The notes beneath the pieces were generated by a model. That model had not been told where the DNA came from. It made no database searches and saw nothing but the letters and a program-made list of their open reading frames with translations. A DNA stretch of 64,000 nucleotides from a virus. The DNA lies in IMG/VR virus record IMGVR_UViG_3300035158_000384, positions 1 through 64,000 of that record; one strand, given 5' to 3'. The position numbers and the translations under genes were made by a program. Positions within the stretch are counted from its first letter, which is position 1, and every line of letters starts with the position of its first letter. Positions 63,594 to 64,000 of this stretch are shown here, piece by piece.

Positions 63594-64000
63594 TTACACG
63601 GGCGGGATCACTCGACCGGAGTAAAAACCGGCACTCGGGAGCGCCCTGTCACAGCTACAAGTCAAGCTGATTTTCAGGATGTCATCGGCGCTCATGTCGA
63701 TGTCACCGGGGTCCATGTTGTTGATCCACAACCCTTGCACGATCATCTCTCGGTCGAAGAAGCCATTCGGACCATAAGTCGTAATGGTCCCTGCCTTCTT
63801 GTAGTACCGTGCCAAACCGTTTCTGCCGGTGTAAGGATCGTGTGTTTCGAGGAACCAATCCCATAACACCAACGCAGTCTGCACGTCTACAAAGTCGCGA
63901 ACAACGATGGTGAGGTCTTCCACGTTCACGTTGCCTGCGAATTTCGAGCGTGTGTTCAGGTACATCGCTTCAACAGGGTTGATTGTGAACTTCGGCATCG
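63594..64000 (-). CDS. tail tube protein (gp19-like), partial
   Basis: KFAG, D.VD, W, G....YKK, GP.G, L.CD.A. Confidence 0.85.
   Translation of the reverse strand, partial: MPKFTINPVEAMYLNTRSKFAGNVNVEDLTIVVRDFVDVQTALVLWDWFLETHDPYTGRNGLARYYKKAGTITTYGPNGFFDREMIVQGLWINNMDPGDIDMSADDILKISLTCSCDRALPSAGFYSGRVIPPV

Noticed and set aside
1-64000. Alternative genetic code (stop-codon reassignment)
   Set aside because: Known genes are intact in code 11, all three stops are used, and no suppressor tRNA was found

Overview
A 64-kb segment of a large tailed phage with a T4/CIS-type contractile tail, almost entirely on the minus strand. The host cannot be determined from this window; promoters are sigma70-type. 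Left (1-12.2 kb): small accessory genes interleaved with 11 canonical tRNAs, four tRNA-shaped RNAs with expanded or replaced anticodon arms, a Ro60/TROVE gene followed by three Y RNAs, an HNH nuclease, an AAA ATPase and a C4-like RNA. 12-26 kb: ATP-grasp protein, GroES, DUF932-like protein, primase, DnaB-like helicase, an RNA ligase resembling human C12orf29/RLIG1, RecD2, UvsW-like and RecQ helicases, and a candidate origin. 26-43.5 kb: early/accessory genes driven by a repeated promoter-leader cassette, an RlaP-like nucleotidyltransferase, a HAD nucleotidase, a metallophosphoesterase, a promoter-to-terminator ncRNA made of tandem ~55-nt pseudoknots, and a three-gene plus-strand island. 43.5-64 kb: tail fibres, a glycosyltransferase, baseplate, tape measure, a chaperone pair that appears to need a +1 frameshift, and tail tube. 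A 15-bp palindrome TTGAC-N5-GTCAA recurs at promoters and gene junctions. The most novel signal is the RNA arsenal (pseudoknot array, anticodon-displaying Y RNA, tRNA-scaffolded RNAs) together with RNA-repair enzymes, which I infer to be a counter-defence against RNA/tRNA-cleaving host defences. All protein calls are from motif recognition by eye; no database searches were run.
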